Below are positions 27,142-37,293 of a DNA stretch of 44,636 nucleotides, piece after piece (the stretch's first letter is position 1; every line of letters begins with the position of its first letter). The notes beneath the pieces are model-generated. The model saw nothing but the letters and a program-made list of their open reading frames with translations, searched no databases and was not told the origin of the DNA. This DNA is from a virus. Where the stretch lies: the UHGV virus genome UHGV-0349104; one strand, written 5' to 3'. Both the position numbers and the translations under genes were made by a program.

Positions 27142-28936
27142 ACTCGTCGTCAGCCTCTTGCTGAAAGCAGGGGATTTTAAAGCGCAGGTGCAGTCCGCAC
27201 AGGAGCGGCTGGACGGCGTGCAGGCCGCAGCCGTTGACGCGGGGCGCGCGACATATGACGCAGGCGTCAAGGGGGCCCAAGGTCTTGGCCAGTCTGCCGA
27301 TGTCGCCTCTTCGTTGCAAGCCGCCTTCGAGGAAGCCGTGCAAAAAGGCCGCGAAATCAGCGAGGTGACGAAAGAGTATCAGCGGATGCGCGAGGAGCTT
27401 ATCCGCACCGGAGCGGCAAAAGAACGTCTTGAGGCCCTTGATGATGCAGCGAAAAAACTGGGCGTTTCGCTGGAAGACGCGGCGGACAAAGGCGCGTTTG
27501 GCTTTGAACGGCTCAAGAGCGTGGCAGCGCAGGCCCTCGCCGTCATCGGCGGCGTCTCCATCCTGAAAAGCTCCATAGCGCAGTATTACGAGCAGGCTCA
27601 GGCTATCGAGAAGACTTCGGACGCGCTCGGCATGAGCATTGAAGACTGGCAGGCATGGCAACGGACGGCAGCCGCCGCCGGGGTTGACGCCGAGGAACTT
27701 TCGACTCGGTTTATGGATCTGGGCGACTGGATGCAGGATCTCATTTTGCACGACTCCGGGCCGCTTAAGGACGCGACCAAAGACCTGGGGGTGAGCTTCA
27801 CGGATGCGAAAGGGAAGGCCGTTTCCTTTGAAGAAGGGCTTCTTCGGCTTTCCGACGCCACGTCAAAAATCGACCGCCAGAAGGCGACCTCGATCCTCAC
27901 GCAGATCGGCTTCGACGAAAAAACCATCCCGCTCATCCTCAAGGGCCGCAAAGGGATTGAGGAGCTTCTGAAAGTCCAGAAGGCTCAAGCCATCTACAGC
28001 AAGCAGGACATCGAAAACGCGAAGAAGCAACGGGAGGCGCAGCAGCGGCTCAATGACGCATGGGAGGCCATCTCAGCCCTTTTCGCCAGCACCGTCTCCC
28101 CTGCGATCACGTTTTTGACGAACCTGCTCGGCGATCTCCTCGGGTGGGTGAAAGAAAACAAGCAGTTCGTGATCGTCTTCTTTACGGCGTTAGCCGGGGT
28201 CATTACGACGCTCATGCTCCCGGCGTTGAGCGCGATGGCGACGGCGGCATGGGCTGCGATTGCGCCGTTTACGCCGTTGATTGCGGGCATCGGCGCGATC
28301 GCGCTGGTTGTCGACGATCTCATTACCTACATCAAAGGCGGAGAATCTGCACTTTCCGGGCTCTGGTCGATGTTCGGAACTGGCGATGAAATCGGGGCTC
28401 GTTTCAAGGCTATTTGGGAAGGCATCAAAAGTATTCTCGGGGGCGTCTGGGATGCCCTTTCGGGGGTCGCCAAGCTCTTCAACTCCGTTCTTACGCTGGA
28501 CGGAAAAGGCGTTATCGAAGCCCTCAAAACGATCTGGGGAGGCATCTCCAAAATCAATGATGTGCTTGTCGAAATGCTGAACTGGGTAGCCCAGAAGCTC
28601 TACAATTTGCTTCCCGACTGGATCAAGGATTGGCTCGGCGGCGATGAGTCTTCGCGCCCGGAAGAAACGAAGGCCGAGGCTAAGCCCGGCGGGGTCGCCG
28701 ATTCGATGCGGGTTGGTGATGTCCGCCCGTCTATTCTGCCGCCGCAGGTGCGCGCCGGGGATGCGCGTCCGGGAAGCGTGAGCAACGTCAATAATTCGCG
28801 TCAGATGACATCAACCACCAATGTGGGTGAGGTCAAGGTCTATACGCAGGCTACGGATGCGGAAGGGATGGCCCAAGGAGTGGTTCCGGCACTTCGTAAT
28901 CAAACCGCGCAGGTAGACAGCGCATTCGGGTACTGA
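27128..28936 (+). CDS. tail tape measure protein
   Basis: 602 aa, coiled N-terminus, central hydrophobic segment FVIVFFTALAGVITTLMLPALSAMATAAWAAIAPFTPLIAGIGAIALVV. Confidence 0.7.
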   Translation: MNAGELVVSLLLKAGDFKAQVQSAQERLDGVQAAAVDAGRATYDAGVKGAQGLGQSADVASSLQAAFEEAVQKGREISEVTKEYQRMREELIRTGAAKERLEALDDAAKKLGVSLEDAADKGAFGFERLKSVAAQALAVIGGVSILKSSIAQYYEQAQAIEKTSDALGMSIEDWQAWQRTAAAAGVDAEELSTRFMDLGDWMQDLILHDSGPLKDATKDLGVSFTDAKGKAVSFEEGLLRLSDATSKIDRQKATSILTQIGFDEKTIPLILKGRKGIEELLKVQKAQAIYSKQDIENAKKQREAQQRLNDAWEAISALFASTVSPAITFLTNLLGDLLGWVKENKQFVIVFFTALAGVITTLMLPALSAMATAAWAAIAPFTPLIAGIGAIALVVDDLITYIKGGESALSGLWSMFGTGDEIGARFKAIWEGIKSILGGVWDALSGVAKLFNSVLTLDGKGVIEALKTIWGGISKINDVLVEMLNWVAQKLYNLLPDWIKDWLGGDESSRPEETKAEAKPGGVADSMRVGDVRPSILPPQVRAGDARPGSVSNVNNSRQMTSTTNVGEVKVYTQATDAEGMAQGVVPALRNQTAQVDSAFGY

Positions 28937-28937
28937 C

Positions 28938-29495
28938 ATGGCATTCGGCGCGCTTCCTCCGGGACAGCCCGGAAACTGGTCGATTTTCGATAAAGACGGC
29001 GCCAAGGCCCTCGACTTCGACACGTTCTTTTCCTGCTCGATCAAGTCCGAGAACAAAATCAGCTCCAACCCTGTCGAGAAAGGGAGTTTCGCGGATTACA
29101 ACAAAATCGCTTCTCCCACGGCGGTGTCGGTCGTGCTGGGCCGCACGGGGAAGAGCGACGAGCTTGCGGCGTTTCTGACGGCGCTGGACAAGCTGGCGGA
29201 AAGTACCGATCTCGTGAGCATCGTCACCCCTGAGAAGACATTTCTCGACTACAACCTTGTCTCCTACGACTACGACCGCAAGGCCGAAAACGGTGTGGAC
29301 AGGCTGCTTGTAGGGCTCATGCTGCAAGAGATCCGGCAGGTCGAGCCACAGTACAGCAACGAAACGATAAAGCCAATCAGCAAGGCGCAGGCAAAGAATC
29401 CGACCGACGCAAGCACCACGGATGCCGGGAAACAACAGGGGCAGACGACGCAAAAAAGCACACTGAAAAAGCTGGGCGAGGGGATTTTCGGATGA
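28938..29495 (+). CDS. putative tail/baseplate assembly protein
   Basis: 185 aa immediately after tape measure. Confidence 0.35.
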   Translation: MAFGALPPGQPGNWSIFDKDGAKALDFDTFFSCSIKSENKISSNPVEKGSFADYNKIASPTAVSVVLGRTGKSDELAAFLTALDKLAESTDLVSIVTPEKTFLDYNLVSYDYDRKAENGVDRLLVGLMLQEIRQVEPQYSNETIKPISKAQAKNPTDASTTDAGKQQGQTTQKSTLKKLGEGIFG

Positions 29496-29794
29496 TGACC
29501 GTACCGCTCCGACAGGAGCCGAACCAGAGCCTCCAGATTGTGCTTGGGGAACAGAACTGCACCCTCCGGTTTATCTCCCGAGGCGTGAACCTGTACTGCG
29601 ACCTTGCCATTGACCAGACGGTCATCTGGTCTGGGTTCATCTGCCGTAACCTCGTCGGCTTGAAGCTGTACGACTATCTCGCCTTCCGGGGGCAGCTCTA
29701 CTTTGTCGATATGCAAGGCGAAGAGGATCCGCACTGGTCGGGCCTCGGCGACCGATTCCAGCTCGTTTATGTCGAAGAAGGGGAAACGCTGTGA
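29492..29794 (+). CDS. small baseplate-associated protein
   Basis: 100 aa, ATGA-coupled. Confidence 0.3.
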   Translation: MMTVPLRQEPNQSLQIVLGEQNCTLRFISRGVNLYCDLAIDQTVIWSGFICRNLVGLKLYDYLAFRGQLYFVDMQGEEDPHWSGLGDRFQLVYVEEGETL

Positions 29795-30693
29795 ACACGA
29801 GCTTCACCAAAAAGCTGCTTGAAGCGCACATCACGCTCGCTGGGGGAGGCTTCAACACGGCTACCGGGCAAGGTGCGAACACCAAGATCATCCGGCTCGG
29901 CATGGATGTGGACATACAGAAGCCCGGCGGGAAAGAGAAGAACAAGGCCAAGGTCAAGATCTTCAACATGCCATTGGCGGACATGGAGACTCTGACGACG
30001 CTGGCGTTCAAGCCGTTGCAGGCGTCGAAAAACCGCATTGCCGTGTACGCGGGCGATGAAGAGCACGGGATGTCGCTGGCATTCTCCGGCGATATCGTGA
30101 GCGCCGTCCCGAACTTCAACGCGGCGCCGGACCCTTCTTTCGACGTCGAGTGCATCACGGGATACGTCGCCAGCATTACGCCCGTGCCGCCGTTGACGGC
30201 GCAGGGTGCGCAGGACGTTGCCACGCTCATGCAGGGGCTTGCGAAGCAAATGGGGCTCGCTTTCGTCAACAGGGGCGTGTCCGTTTCCATTCGCAATGTC
30301 GCCATCGTCGGGGGCCCGATGGAACAGGCGCAGCAGCTTGCCCACGATGCCCGCATCGATCTTATCGTGGACGATGGCGAGATGGTCATCTCCCCTCTTG
30401 CGACGCTTCGCAGCGATGACGGCGGCTCGACGCCCGTCTGGTCCGCGAAAAGTGGCATGATTGGCTATCCGAGCTTCGACAACGAGGGCGTGACGGTGAA
30501 AGGCATCTACGATCCGAAGCTTCAACTTGGCGGCCCGGTGCGCATCGAGAGCATCGTCCCCCGCGCTTCCGGCCTCTGGCAGATCGTGAGCCTGAGCCAC
30601 AAATTGCAGGCAGGCTATCCCGGAGCAACGCAGTGGATAAGCCAGATCAAGGCAAGCTATCCCGGCGCGAAGCCGAAGAAGGACAAGAAATAA
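29791..30693 (+). CDS. putative baseplate hub protein
   Basis: 300 aa between tape measure region and spike. Confidence 0.35.
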   Translation: MNTSFTKKLLEAHITLAGGGFNTATGQGANTKIIRLGMDVDIQKPGGKEKNKAKVKIFNMPLADMETLTTLAFKPLQASKNRIAVYAGDEEHGMSLAFSGDIVSAVPNFNAAPDPSFDVECITGYVASITPVPPLTAQGAQDVATLMQGLAKQMGLAFVNRGVSVSIRNVAIVGGPMEQAQQLAHDARIDLIVDDGEMVISPLATLRSDDGGSTPVWSAKSGMIGYPSFDNEGVTVKGIYDPKLQLGGPVRIESIVPRASGLWQIVSLSHKLQAGYPGATQWISQIKASYPGAKPKKDKK

Positions 30694-31415
30694 TGCAGGG
30701 ACAACGCGGTCTTTCAACAAATTCCAGCGAGTACAACGCGCAGGACTTCATGATCAGCCAGATGCTCGGGCGCATCGCCACGGCTGAACCCGTGCGCGTG
30801 GTCGCCGTCTCCGGCTCGGGCGTCTCCCCGGTGGGCTTCGTCGACGTGCAGCCTCTCGTCAACCTTGTGACGGGCGAACAGAAGGCGCAGGAGCAGAGCG
30901 TGCTCTTCAAGCTCCCATACCTGCGCATCCAAGGCGGGAAAAACGCCCTCGTCATCGACCCGCAGCCGGGCGACATCGGCCTCGCCGTCTATGCCATGCG
31001 CGACACGGAATCGCTCAAGGAAAGCCGGGGGAAGGACGGGAACGTCAATCCGGGATCGGCGCGCTCACTGAGCAAAGGCGACGGCTTCTACCTTGGCGGT
31101 TTTCTGAACGATACGCCGGAACGCTATGTGCAGATCGACGACGAGGGCGTCACCATCGAAGGCGTGGCAAAATTGACGATGCACGGGGAAACCTCAGTTC
31201 TGACGGCGGAAAGCGGCCTCACGATCAACGCCGACGTGCGCATTAACGGCAGCCTCACATGGACAGGCACGGCGCAGGGCGACGGCGGCCCGGCCCGGTT
31301 CTCTGGCGGCCTCACGAACGCGGGCGGCACGGTTGAGAGCAACGGCAAGGTCTTGGAAACGCATGTCCATACCGGGGTAGAACCCGGATCAGGCATATCC
31401 GGTCAACCGCAATAA
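30693..31415 (+). CDS. baseplate spike protein (gpV-like)
   Basis: C-terminal GPARFSGGLTNAGGTVESNGKVLETHVHTGV resembles gpV spike C-terminus; TAATG overlap. Confidence 0.55.
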   Translation: MQGQRGLSTNSSEYNAQDFMISQMLGRIATAEPVRVVAVSGSGVSPVGFVDVQPLVNLVTGEQKAQEQSVLFKLPYLRIQGGKNALVIDPQPGDIGLAVYAMRDTESLKESRGKDGNVNPGSARSLSKGDGFYLGGFLNDTPERYVQIDDEGVTIEGVAKLTMHGETSVLTAESGLTINADVRINGSLTWTGTAQGDGGPARFSGGLTNAGGTVESNGKVLETHVHTGVEPGSGISGQPQ

Positions 31416-31425
31416 AGGAAAATTT

Positions 31426-32175
31426 ATGCCCGATTTTCAGTACCAGCCCCCGACAGGCCCGCTGTCCGGCAGCGAGTTCGAGAGACAAACCACACGGTTC
31501 TTTCAACAGGTGCAGGGAGCCGCAGACGCAGCGCAGTCTACCGCGATAGTTGCGCAGAACACGGCAAACGAGGCACTTGAGCGTGCTCAGGCGTCGAACC
31601 TTGTCGACGGGAAGACCACGCGGGCCGACGCGGGCGGCACGATCACGGCGAAGGATGTGGCGATTGGGGGGAACCTTGAGGATCTGGTGAGCGCGCGGGG
31701 AATATTTGACACACTGACCAAGGGTTCCGTTGATTGTAATACGCTTACTGAGCAAGGCGTTTATGCCATCAGTCTTGTGGGAACCGTAAACGGGCCGGGA
31801 TTTTCAGCTAAACTGATTGTCTTCAACGAAAAAAATAGCAAATTTACCAATCAGATGGCCTTAGCTGCAGGTGCAGGAACTTCTGGTGCTGTTCGTGTTG
31901 CATACAGAGCAAAAAATAGTGAAGACATCTGGTCTCCGTGGTCTGAGGGGATTTTAAGCGGGCGCATCGGCGACGGCATCACAGTCAACAACGGCATCAT
32001 CTCCGTCCCCGAATACGAGGGGGCTACGGCATCGGCAGCCGGGACAAGCGGCCTTGTACCGCCCGCAGCCGCCGGGCAGGCCGACTATGTGCTTTGCGGC
32101 GACGGTGAATGGCGCGACATCAAGACGCTTGTCGCCGCTGCGCAGGCTCGGCTTGCAGATAAGGCAGCATCATGA
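31426..32175 (+). CDS. tail fibre-like protein with knob-type domain
   Basis: C-terminus GQADYVLCGDGEWRDI typical of fibre proteins; AT-rich patch at 31790-31930. Confidence 0.4.
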   Translation: MPDFQYQPPTGPLSGSEFERQTTRFFQQVQGAADAAQSTAIVAQNTANEALERAQASNLVDGKTTRADAGGTITAKDVAIGGNLEDLVSARGIFDTLTKGSVDCNTLTEQGVYAISLVGTVNGPGFSAKLIVFNEKNSKFTNQMALAAGAGTSGAVRVAYRAKNSEDIWSPWSEGILSGRIGDGITVNNGIISVPEYEGATASAAGTSGLVPPAAAGQADYVLCGDGEWRDIKTLVAAAQARLADKAAS

Positions 32176-32606
32176 ATTTCCGAACGGTTTTGAACGTACG
32201 CGCGCTGTCCAATATTCGTGATGAAGTGCAATCATCTGCCGAAGTGGTAGATTCGGGGCTCCTGTCATTACGTCTTGATGAACAGTGGGATTTGACGCTC
32301 TCCGTGGGGGGCAATCTTGCTTCGGCAGGGGGGACTATGCGTATCGTGCAGGATGTCGCATCGTATGTACGCACATTCCAAGGAGAACCATACTACGCGC
32401 AGCAAGACGGAATCCCGTACTTCATGCGTGAGCTTGGGTCCCTCCCTCCCGCCGAACTCGTGCGGGCACGCTCAAATGCACGCGCGCTTGAGGTCCCCGG
32501 CGTAGCGCAGGCCAACACGCAGCTTTCCCGGCTTGACCGCCGCGTTTTGACTGGAACAATCCGCATCACCACGGAAACGGGGGAAACCGCAGATGTCGCA
32601 GTCTAG
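32172..32606 (+). CDS. baseplate assembly protein W (gp25-like)
   Basis: 144 aa directly upstream of baseplate J gene; ATGA overlap. Confidence 0.45.
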   Translation: MNFRTVLNVRALSNIRDEVQSSAEVVDSGLLSLRLDEQWDLTLSVGGNLASAGGTMRIVQDVASYVRTFQGEPYYAQQDGIPYFMRELGSLPPAELVRARSNARALEVPGVAQANTQLSRLDRRVLTGTIRITTETGETADVAV

Positions 32607-33849
32607 TATCGATTTTACCGAAAACGGCCCGGTCGTACCCGATACCGCGACCGTCCGGGACGCTGTCGAAACGAATTGGCAGGCGGCATTCGACAATCGG
32701 CTGAACCCGGATCCGGCCACGCCGCAGGGACAGCTCATCACATCCGAAACGGCCATCGTGCAGGACAAGAACAGCCAGCTTTTGTTCCTCGCGAATATGT
32801 TCAACCCCGAGACTGCGGAGGGTATCTATCAAGACGCGCTCGCCAAAATTTACTTTCTGACCCGGCAGCCCGCACGCTCCACGGTCGTCCCCTGTACCTG
32901 TACGGGGCTTCCCGGCACCGTCATCCCCGGCATCGGCAGCGACGCCCCGGCGCTCGCGAAAGATGCGGACGGGAATGTTTTGATCTGCCAGACAGGAGGC
33001 ACGATCCCGCAGTCCGGCAGCATCGCTTTGGAGTTCGCCTGTCAGGTTCCGGGGCCGATTGAAATCCGGCGTGGAACCGTGACGTCCATCGTGCGTACAA
33101 TCCCGGGGTGGGATACCGTTTTTAATGAATCCGATGGGATCACCGGGCAAAACGTCGAGAGCCGGGCCTCGTTCGAGTCCCGGCGCTACGCCAGCGTCGC
33201 GAAAAACGCCCGGAGCGTCGCCGCCGCCGTCTATGCCAACGTCGGCGATCTGGATGGCGTGCTTGATGTCTGTGTGCGCGAGAACAAGACCAGCGCGCCT
33301 CTTGAAGTACAGGGCGTCACGCTCAAGCCGCACTCAATCTATGTGGCGGTCGTCGGCAGCGCGACGGATAGTGATATTGCTGAGTCCATTTACGCCCGTT
33401 GTTCAGCCGGATGTGATTACAACGGCAACACCAGCGTCACTGTGACTGATCCGGTAACCGGAGCGGTCGAGACGGTACTCTTTGAGCGCCCGGAATCGCT
33501 CCCGGTGGGCATTCAGGTGACTATCCGCAAAAATGCCTCAATGCCGAGCAACGTCGAAGAGCTCATCAAGTCCGCCGTTGTCGCCGAGTTCTACGGAGAA
33601 ACCGCCGACGCCTGCGGGAATACGGGCCAGCGCGTTCATATCGGGGATACGGTGTATGCCAGCCGCTTTTATTCCGCCGTGCTCGGAACGGGCGTTACCG
33701 ACTTGGTGAGTATCGAAATCGCGGCGCCCGTCGGTGAAGATTCGCCAATATGGGGCGACTACATCACCATTAATATAGATGAAGCCCCCACGCTCGTCTC
33801 CGATAACGTCACTGTAACCATCATTGAAGCGAGGTCGGGCCGTGGATAA
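32593..33849 (+). CDS. baseplate J family protein
   Basis: 418 aa, N-terminal region resembles Baseplate_J; conserved position W-J-I-fibre. Confidence 0.6.
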   Translation: MSQSSIDFTENGPVVPDTATVRDAVETNWQAAFDNRLNPDPATPQGQLITSETAIVQDKNSQLLFLANMFNPETAEGIYQDALAKIYFLTRQPARSTVVPCTCTGLPGTVIPGIGSDAPALAKDADGNVLICQTGGTIPQSGSIALEFACQVPGPIEIRRGTVTSIVRTIPGWDTVFNESDGITGQNVESRASFESRRYASVAKNARSVAAAVYANVGDLDGVLDVCVRENKTSAPLEVQGVTLKPHSIYVAVVGSATDSDIAESIYARCSAGCDYNGNTSVTVTDPVTGAVETVLFERPESLPVGIQVTIRKNASMPSNVEELIKSAVVAEFYGETADACGNTGQRVHIGDTVYASRFYSAVLGTGVTDLVSIEIAAPVGEDSPIWGDYITINIDEAPTLVSDNVTVTIIEARSGRG

Positions 33850-34507
33850 CTGGCGCGAAACGCTCCTTTCGCAATACGATAACTCGGAGCGGCTGCTGGC
33901 GCTCATCGAATCGATGAATGCCGCCATTGAGCCCACAGCGGATATTGCGGCGTTCTATGAGTCCGTCTTTGACCCCGAAACGGCGTTCGGATGGGGGCTT
34001 GATGTGTGGGGGCGCATCGTAGCCATCCCGCGTACGCTTGAAGTAGAGGCGACGGATATCAAGCCGTTCGGTTTCTCCGGTTCAAACCTCAGCAACTTTG
34101 GGCACGGCCCTTTTGTATATGAGAGCAAATCGAACACGTTCATACTTCAAGATAACGCCTACCATCTTTTGATCTGGATGAAAGCAGCTTCGAACATCAC
34201 CGACGGCAGCCTCCTAGATTTGAACAAGATCGTTCATTGGCTTTTCTCGGATCGCGGTCATATTGCCGTCGTGCATGTCGGAACAATGAAAATACGCTAC
34301 GTCATCGGCTTCAAACTCCAGCCATACGAGCGTGCGCTTCTCCTGCGCGATGATGTTCCCCCAAAGCCTGCGGGCGTCGGCTATGACGTCTATCAAGTCA
34401 TCCCGAAACATACCTTCGGTTTCGCCGGATCCGGCGGTCAGAATTTCAACAACGGCGTTTTTCAGCCGTATGGAGGCCCTGTAGATGCCTATTCCCTCAA
34501 CGCCTAG
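33842..34507 (+). CDS. tail protein I-like
   Basis: GTG start behind RBS GAGGT; position between J and fibre gene. Confidence 0.4.
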   Translation: MDNWRETLLSQYDNSERLLALIESMNAAIEPTADIAAFYESVFDPETAFGWGLDVWGRIVAIPRTLEVEATDIKPFGFSGSNLSNFGHGPFVYESKSNTFILQDNAYHLLIWMKAASNITDGSLLDLNKIVHWLFSDRGHIAVVHVGTMKIRYVIGFKLQPYERALLLRDDVPPKPAGVGYDVYQVIPKHTFGFAGSGGQNFNNGVFQPYGGPVDAYSLNA

Positions 34508-35606
34508 CATCATGCCCAACGTCTTGGGATATGCAGCGGATACCGTGCAGATCCCTGAAACGACCCCCACGGGTCAAGGTATTCCCTCTTTCCGAGATCT
34601 CTTTCCGTTCATCACGCAGGTCGACCCGGACGCGGGCGGCGTCATGGTTGAACGTTCATGGATGAACGCGCTTTTCAACCTGCTTGGTCAACACGCCTTT
34701 TTCCAACAATCCGGATGCGTCTACCCGTGGCAAGATACGCTGAACTATATCACGGGCTCTCATGTCAAAGGTAGTGATGATGTCGAGTACATCGCGTTGC
34801 AACCTTCCGGGCCAGATGTGTCCGGCGTGGGAGCAAAAGACCCTGCACAGCAAGCAAACCGCGCGTACTGGGTTTCGCTTGCATCTTTTGTCTCCGGCGA
34901 CTTTGTTCCAGATTCGCGGCGGGTCATCGCCGGAACGGGGCTCACTGGCGGCGGGCCGCTCTCAGCTGACGTGACGCTTGCTGCGAAGCTGACAAATAGC
35001 GTGAACCTTACTGATTCGACGACGGCAGCGTCCGCCACTGCGGTGAAGACAGCTTACGACTTGGCGAAAACCAAACAACCGAACCTTGGTTTTACACCGA
35101 TACAGCAAGGCGGCGGAACGGGGCAAGGTACCAATAAAGTCTACATAGGATGGGCTACTGACGCGAGTGGGCTCAAGGCGCAGGCTGACAGCACTAACCT
35201 TGGAAACATCGTAACAACAGCAGGGGGAACAATAAAGGCTCCACAAGCTGCGTTGGCTGACCGCGCGCAGGTAGCCAACACTTCTGAAACTCTCTTTGTT
35301 ACGGGCTGGGGAAACACAAAGTGGGGAAGCACTCCGTATGGGCAATCCCCCTTATACGTGTGGTGTTTGCCGAGCGGCGGATATGACATGATGCCTTGTA
35401 GTCCCAGCGTTCTTTCTGCTGGTGCGGCAAACTGGTGCACATACACTCCTAACGTTCGCGTTGGCATGGCTGGTTCAGTCCTCCCAGCCGGAGGAACTTG
35501 GAGGTGCATTACTTCAAGAAACGGCGAGGGTGAGATATTTGATCTCGCTGGAGGCTCTGCTGTAAATACTAGAGGTGGTGTATTTATGGCAATTAGGGTT
35601 GCTTAG
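34485..35606 (+). CDS. tail fibre protein
   Basis: TTAASATAVKTAYDLAKTK motif typical of fibre proteins; Gly/Thr-rich; lower-GC C-terminal third. Confidence 0.65.
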   Translation: MPIPSTPSIMPNVLGYAADTVQIPETTPTGQGIPSFRDLFPFITQVDPDAGGVMVERSWMNALFNLLGQHAFFQQSGCVYPWQDTLNYITGSHVKGSDDVEYIALQPSGPDVSGVGAKDPAQQANRAYWVSLASFVSGDFVPDSRRVIAGTGLTGGGPLSADVTLAAKLTNSVNLTDSTTAASATAVKTAYDLAKTKQPNLGFTPIQQGGGTGQGTNKVYIGWATDASGLKAQADSTNLGNIVTTAGGTIKAPQAALADRAQVANTSETLFVTGWGNTKWGSTPYGQSPLYVWCLPSGGYDMMPCSPSVLSAGAANWCTYTPNVRVGMAGSVLPAGGTWRCITSRNGEGEIFDLAGGSAVNTRGGVFMAIRVA

Positions 35607-35612
35607 AAGGAT

Positions 35613-36035
35613 ATGAACATGAATTACGGACAAATCATCCACCGGACCGCTGACGATTCATACGTCATCACAAAGAACGATATGCCTTACCACGTTTACC
35701 CTTATGCCGCCGAGTTCGCTGAACTTTGGGATGAGGTCTTTGCCTACGCCGAGGCGCACCCCGAATGCGTGACAGAAGAGCAACCTTACGCTGCACCCAC
35801 GCCGACGCAGGAAGAACTCGCGGCGAGCGTACGCGCCGAACGCGATAGGCGCATTACTGCAACAGATTATCTCGTCATGCCGGACTATCCGCTTGATACG
35901 GATAAGCTTGAAGAGATCAAGGCGTACCGCCAAGCCTTGCGCGATCTTCCTCAGCAACCGGGCTTCCCTTGGGGTGGGCCTGACGATCCGGAGTGTCCAT
36001 GGCCTGTGTCGAACCGTGATTTGCAAAAATCTTAG
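35613..36035 (+). CDS. tail fibre assembly protein (chaperone)
   Basis: RRITATDYLVMPDYPLDTDKLEEIKAYRQALRDLPQQPGFPW is the classic Tfa signature. Confidence 0.7.
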   Translation: MNMNYGQIIHRTADDSYVITKNDMPYHVYPYAAEFAELWDEVFAYAEAHPECVTEEQPYAAPTPTQEELAASVRAERDRRITATDYLVMPDYPLDTDKLEEIKAYRQALRDLPQQPGFPWGGPDDPECPWPVSNRDLQKS

Positions 36036-36071
36036 GTATGGCTAGTTTCTTTAGAAACAAGGAGGAAGTCT

Positions 36072-36302
36072 ATGCCACTACCTATGCCAGAGGAAGAGGA
36101 AAAGTTTCGCTGTCCACACGGTGAACGTAATCAGGCGTTGATGCTCTGCTCGCTTGATTGTGATTTGTCCGGTGCTCATCCCGATAGAAAGGCGAAAGCG
36201 GATGGTCGATTCATCATCACGCCGTGGTGGTGCATGAACAAGTGCAGATGGCTGCCTGAGCACAGAGATGAGATCCGATTCGTGGCGAAAAAGTCGGATT
36301 GA
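36072..36302 (+). CDS. small Cys-rich hypothetical protein
   Basis: 76 aa with 6 Cys; RBS AAGGAGG; followed by bidirectional terminator. Confidence 0.4.
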   Translation: MPLPMPEEEEKFRCPHGERNQALMLCSLDCDLSGAHPDRKAKADGRFIITPWWCMNKCRWLPEHRDEIRFVAKKSD

Positions 36303-36310
36303 AGACACAA

Positions 36311-36350
36311 AAAAATCCCCATCCCGGTTCACGCCGGGATGGGGATTTTC
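36311..36350. terminator. bidirectional rho-independent terminator
   Basis: Perfect 13-bp stem ATCCCCATCCCGG/CCGGGATGGGGAT flanked by AAAAA and TTTT, between convergent genes. Confidence 0.75.
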
Positions 36351-36373
36351 GCATTCACACAGCATACCGATGC

Positions 36374-36607
36374 TCACTTTTTTAAGGCGTTGGGAAGACG
36401 CTTTTTGCCGTCTGCACCAAGCTGTTTGGTGCAGCCAGCAAAAAGCGCCTTCCCTGATTCTGGGGATAGCGTATCGCGGGAAGATTTTCTAGTCCCTTGG
36501 TTGAGTTCGAGCAGTTCGAGAAACCGTTGGTAGAGACGTTGGTCTTCAATCTCTAACTCCCGACGCCGCTGTACGATTGAGCGAATTTCCGAGATTGTCG
36601 TTTCCAT
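36374..36607 (-). CDS. hypothetical small protein
   Basis: 77 aa coiled-coil-like; convergent with the plus-strand tail genes. Confidence 0.3.
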   Translation of the reverse strand: METTISEIRSIVQRRRELEIEDQRLYQRFLELLELNQGTRKSSRDTLSPESGKALFAGCTKQLGADGKKRLPNALKK

Positions 36608-36624
36608 CCTTTCTCCTTTCTTTT

Positions 36625-37116
36625 CTACGCGGCCCGCTCATACACCCGCGTCCCGATTTCGGCTATCTGCGGGTCGACCTTTTCGAGCGCATTGCACAGC
36701 GTGGTCAGCGTCTTGAGCAGGTTGTGCCAATGAAGGCCCCGGAAGTAGACGGGGCAGGTGTTCCGGGCGTCTTCGAGGAAGGTGAGCCCGGCCCACATTC
36801 CGGCACCCCATTGCGTCCAGCGGGAAGCGTCGCCGGAAGCCGCCTGAATGTCCCCGACGTGTTCCGCGAGGATATGGAACCTCCTGTCGAGATCTCGCTT
36901 TGCGCCAGCAGACAGCCTGCGCTGGACATCATCGCTACACCGTTCGATCCAGCGGTCGACCTTCTTGACTTGTCTGCCAAGGTCGCCAAGCTGAGGAAGC
37001 GTTTCGGGCTTGAGAAGGGATAGCGCCACGGTAATCATGGACAGGGCCAGAACACAGCGGGTGTGCTGGATGGCCTCGTGCGGGTACGGGATTACGGGGT
37101 TGATGGGTCTTCGCAT
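36625..37116 (-). CDS. hypothetical protein
   Basis: 163 aa; no recognisable motif. Confidence 0.3.
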   Translation of the reverse strand: MRRPINPVIPYPHEAIQHTRCVLALSMITVALSLLKPETLPQLGDLGRQVKKVDRWIERCSDDVQRRLSAGAKRDLDRRFHILAEHVGDIQAASGDASRWTQWGAGMWAGLTFLEDARNTCPVYFRGLHWHNLLKTLTTLCNALEKVDPQIAEIGTRVYERAA

Positions 37117-37205
37117 GTTCTCCTCCAGAAAAAGGAAAAGCCCCTTTCGGGGCTACTTCGGTTCGTGCTTGTTTGCGGGGACGCATACGGCAACTACCGT
37201 ATGAT

Positions 37206-37251
37206 TTATCCAACGCGCCGTAAAACCTCCCCCTTCAGGGGGAGGATATAA
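37206..37251 (-). repeat. 45-nt GC-hairpin repeat element, copy 2 (minus orientation)
   Basis: TTATCCAACGCGCCGTAAAACCTCCCCCTTCAGGGGGAGGATATAA; terminator-like on minus strand just downstream of the Cys-rich operon. Confidence 0.7.
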
Positions 37252-37293
37252 TAGGGCGGCATGATCGCCGCCTTCCTAAGCCGTTCCAGTTCG

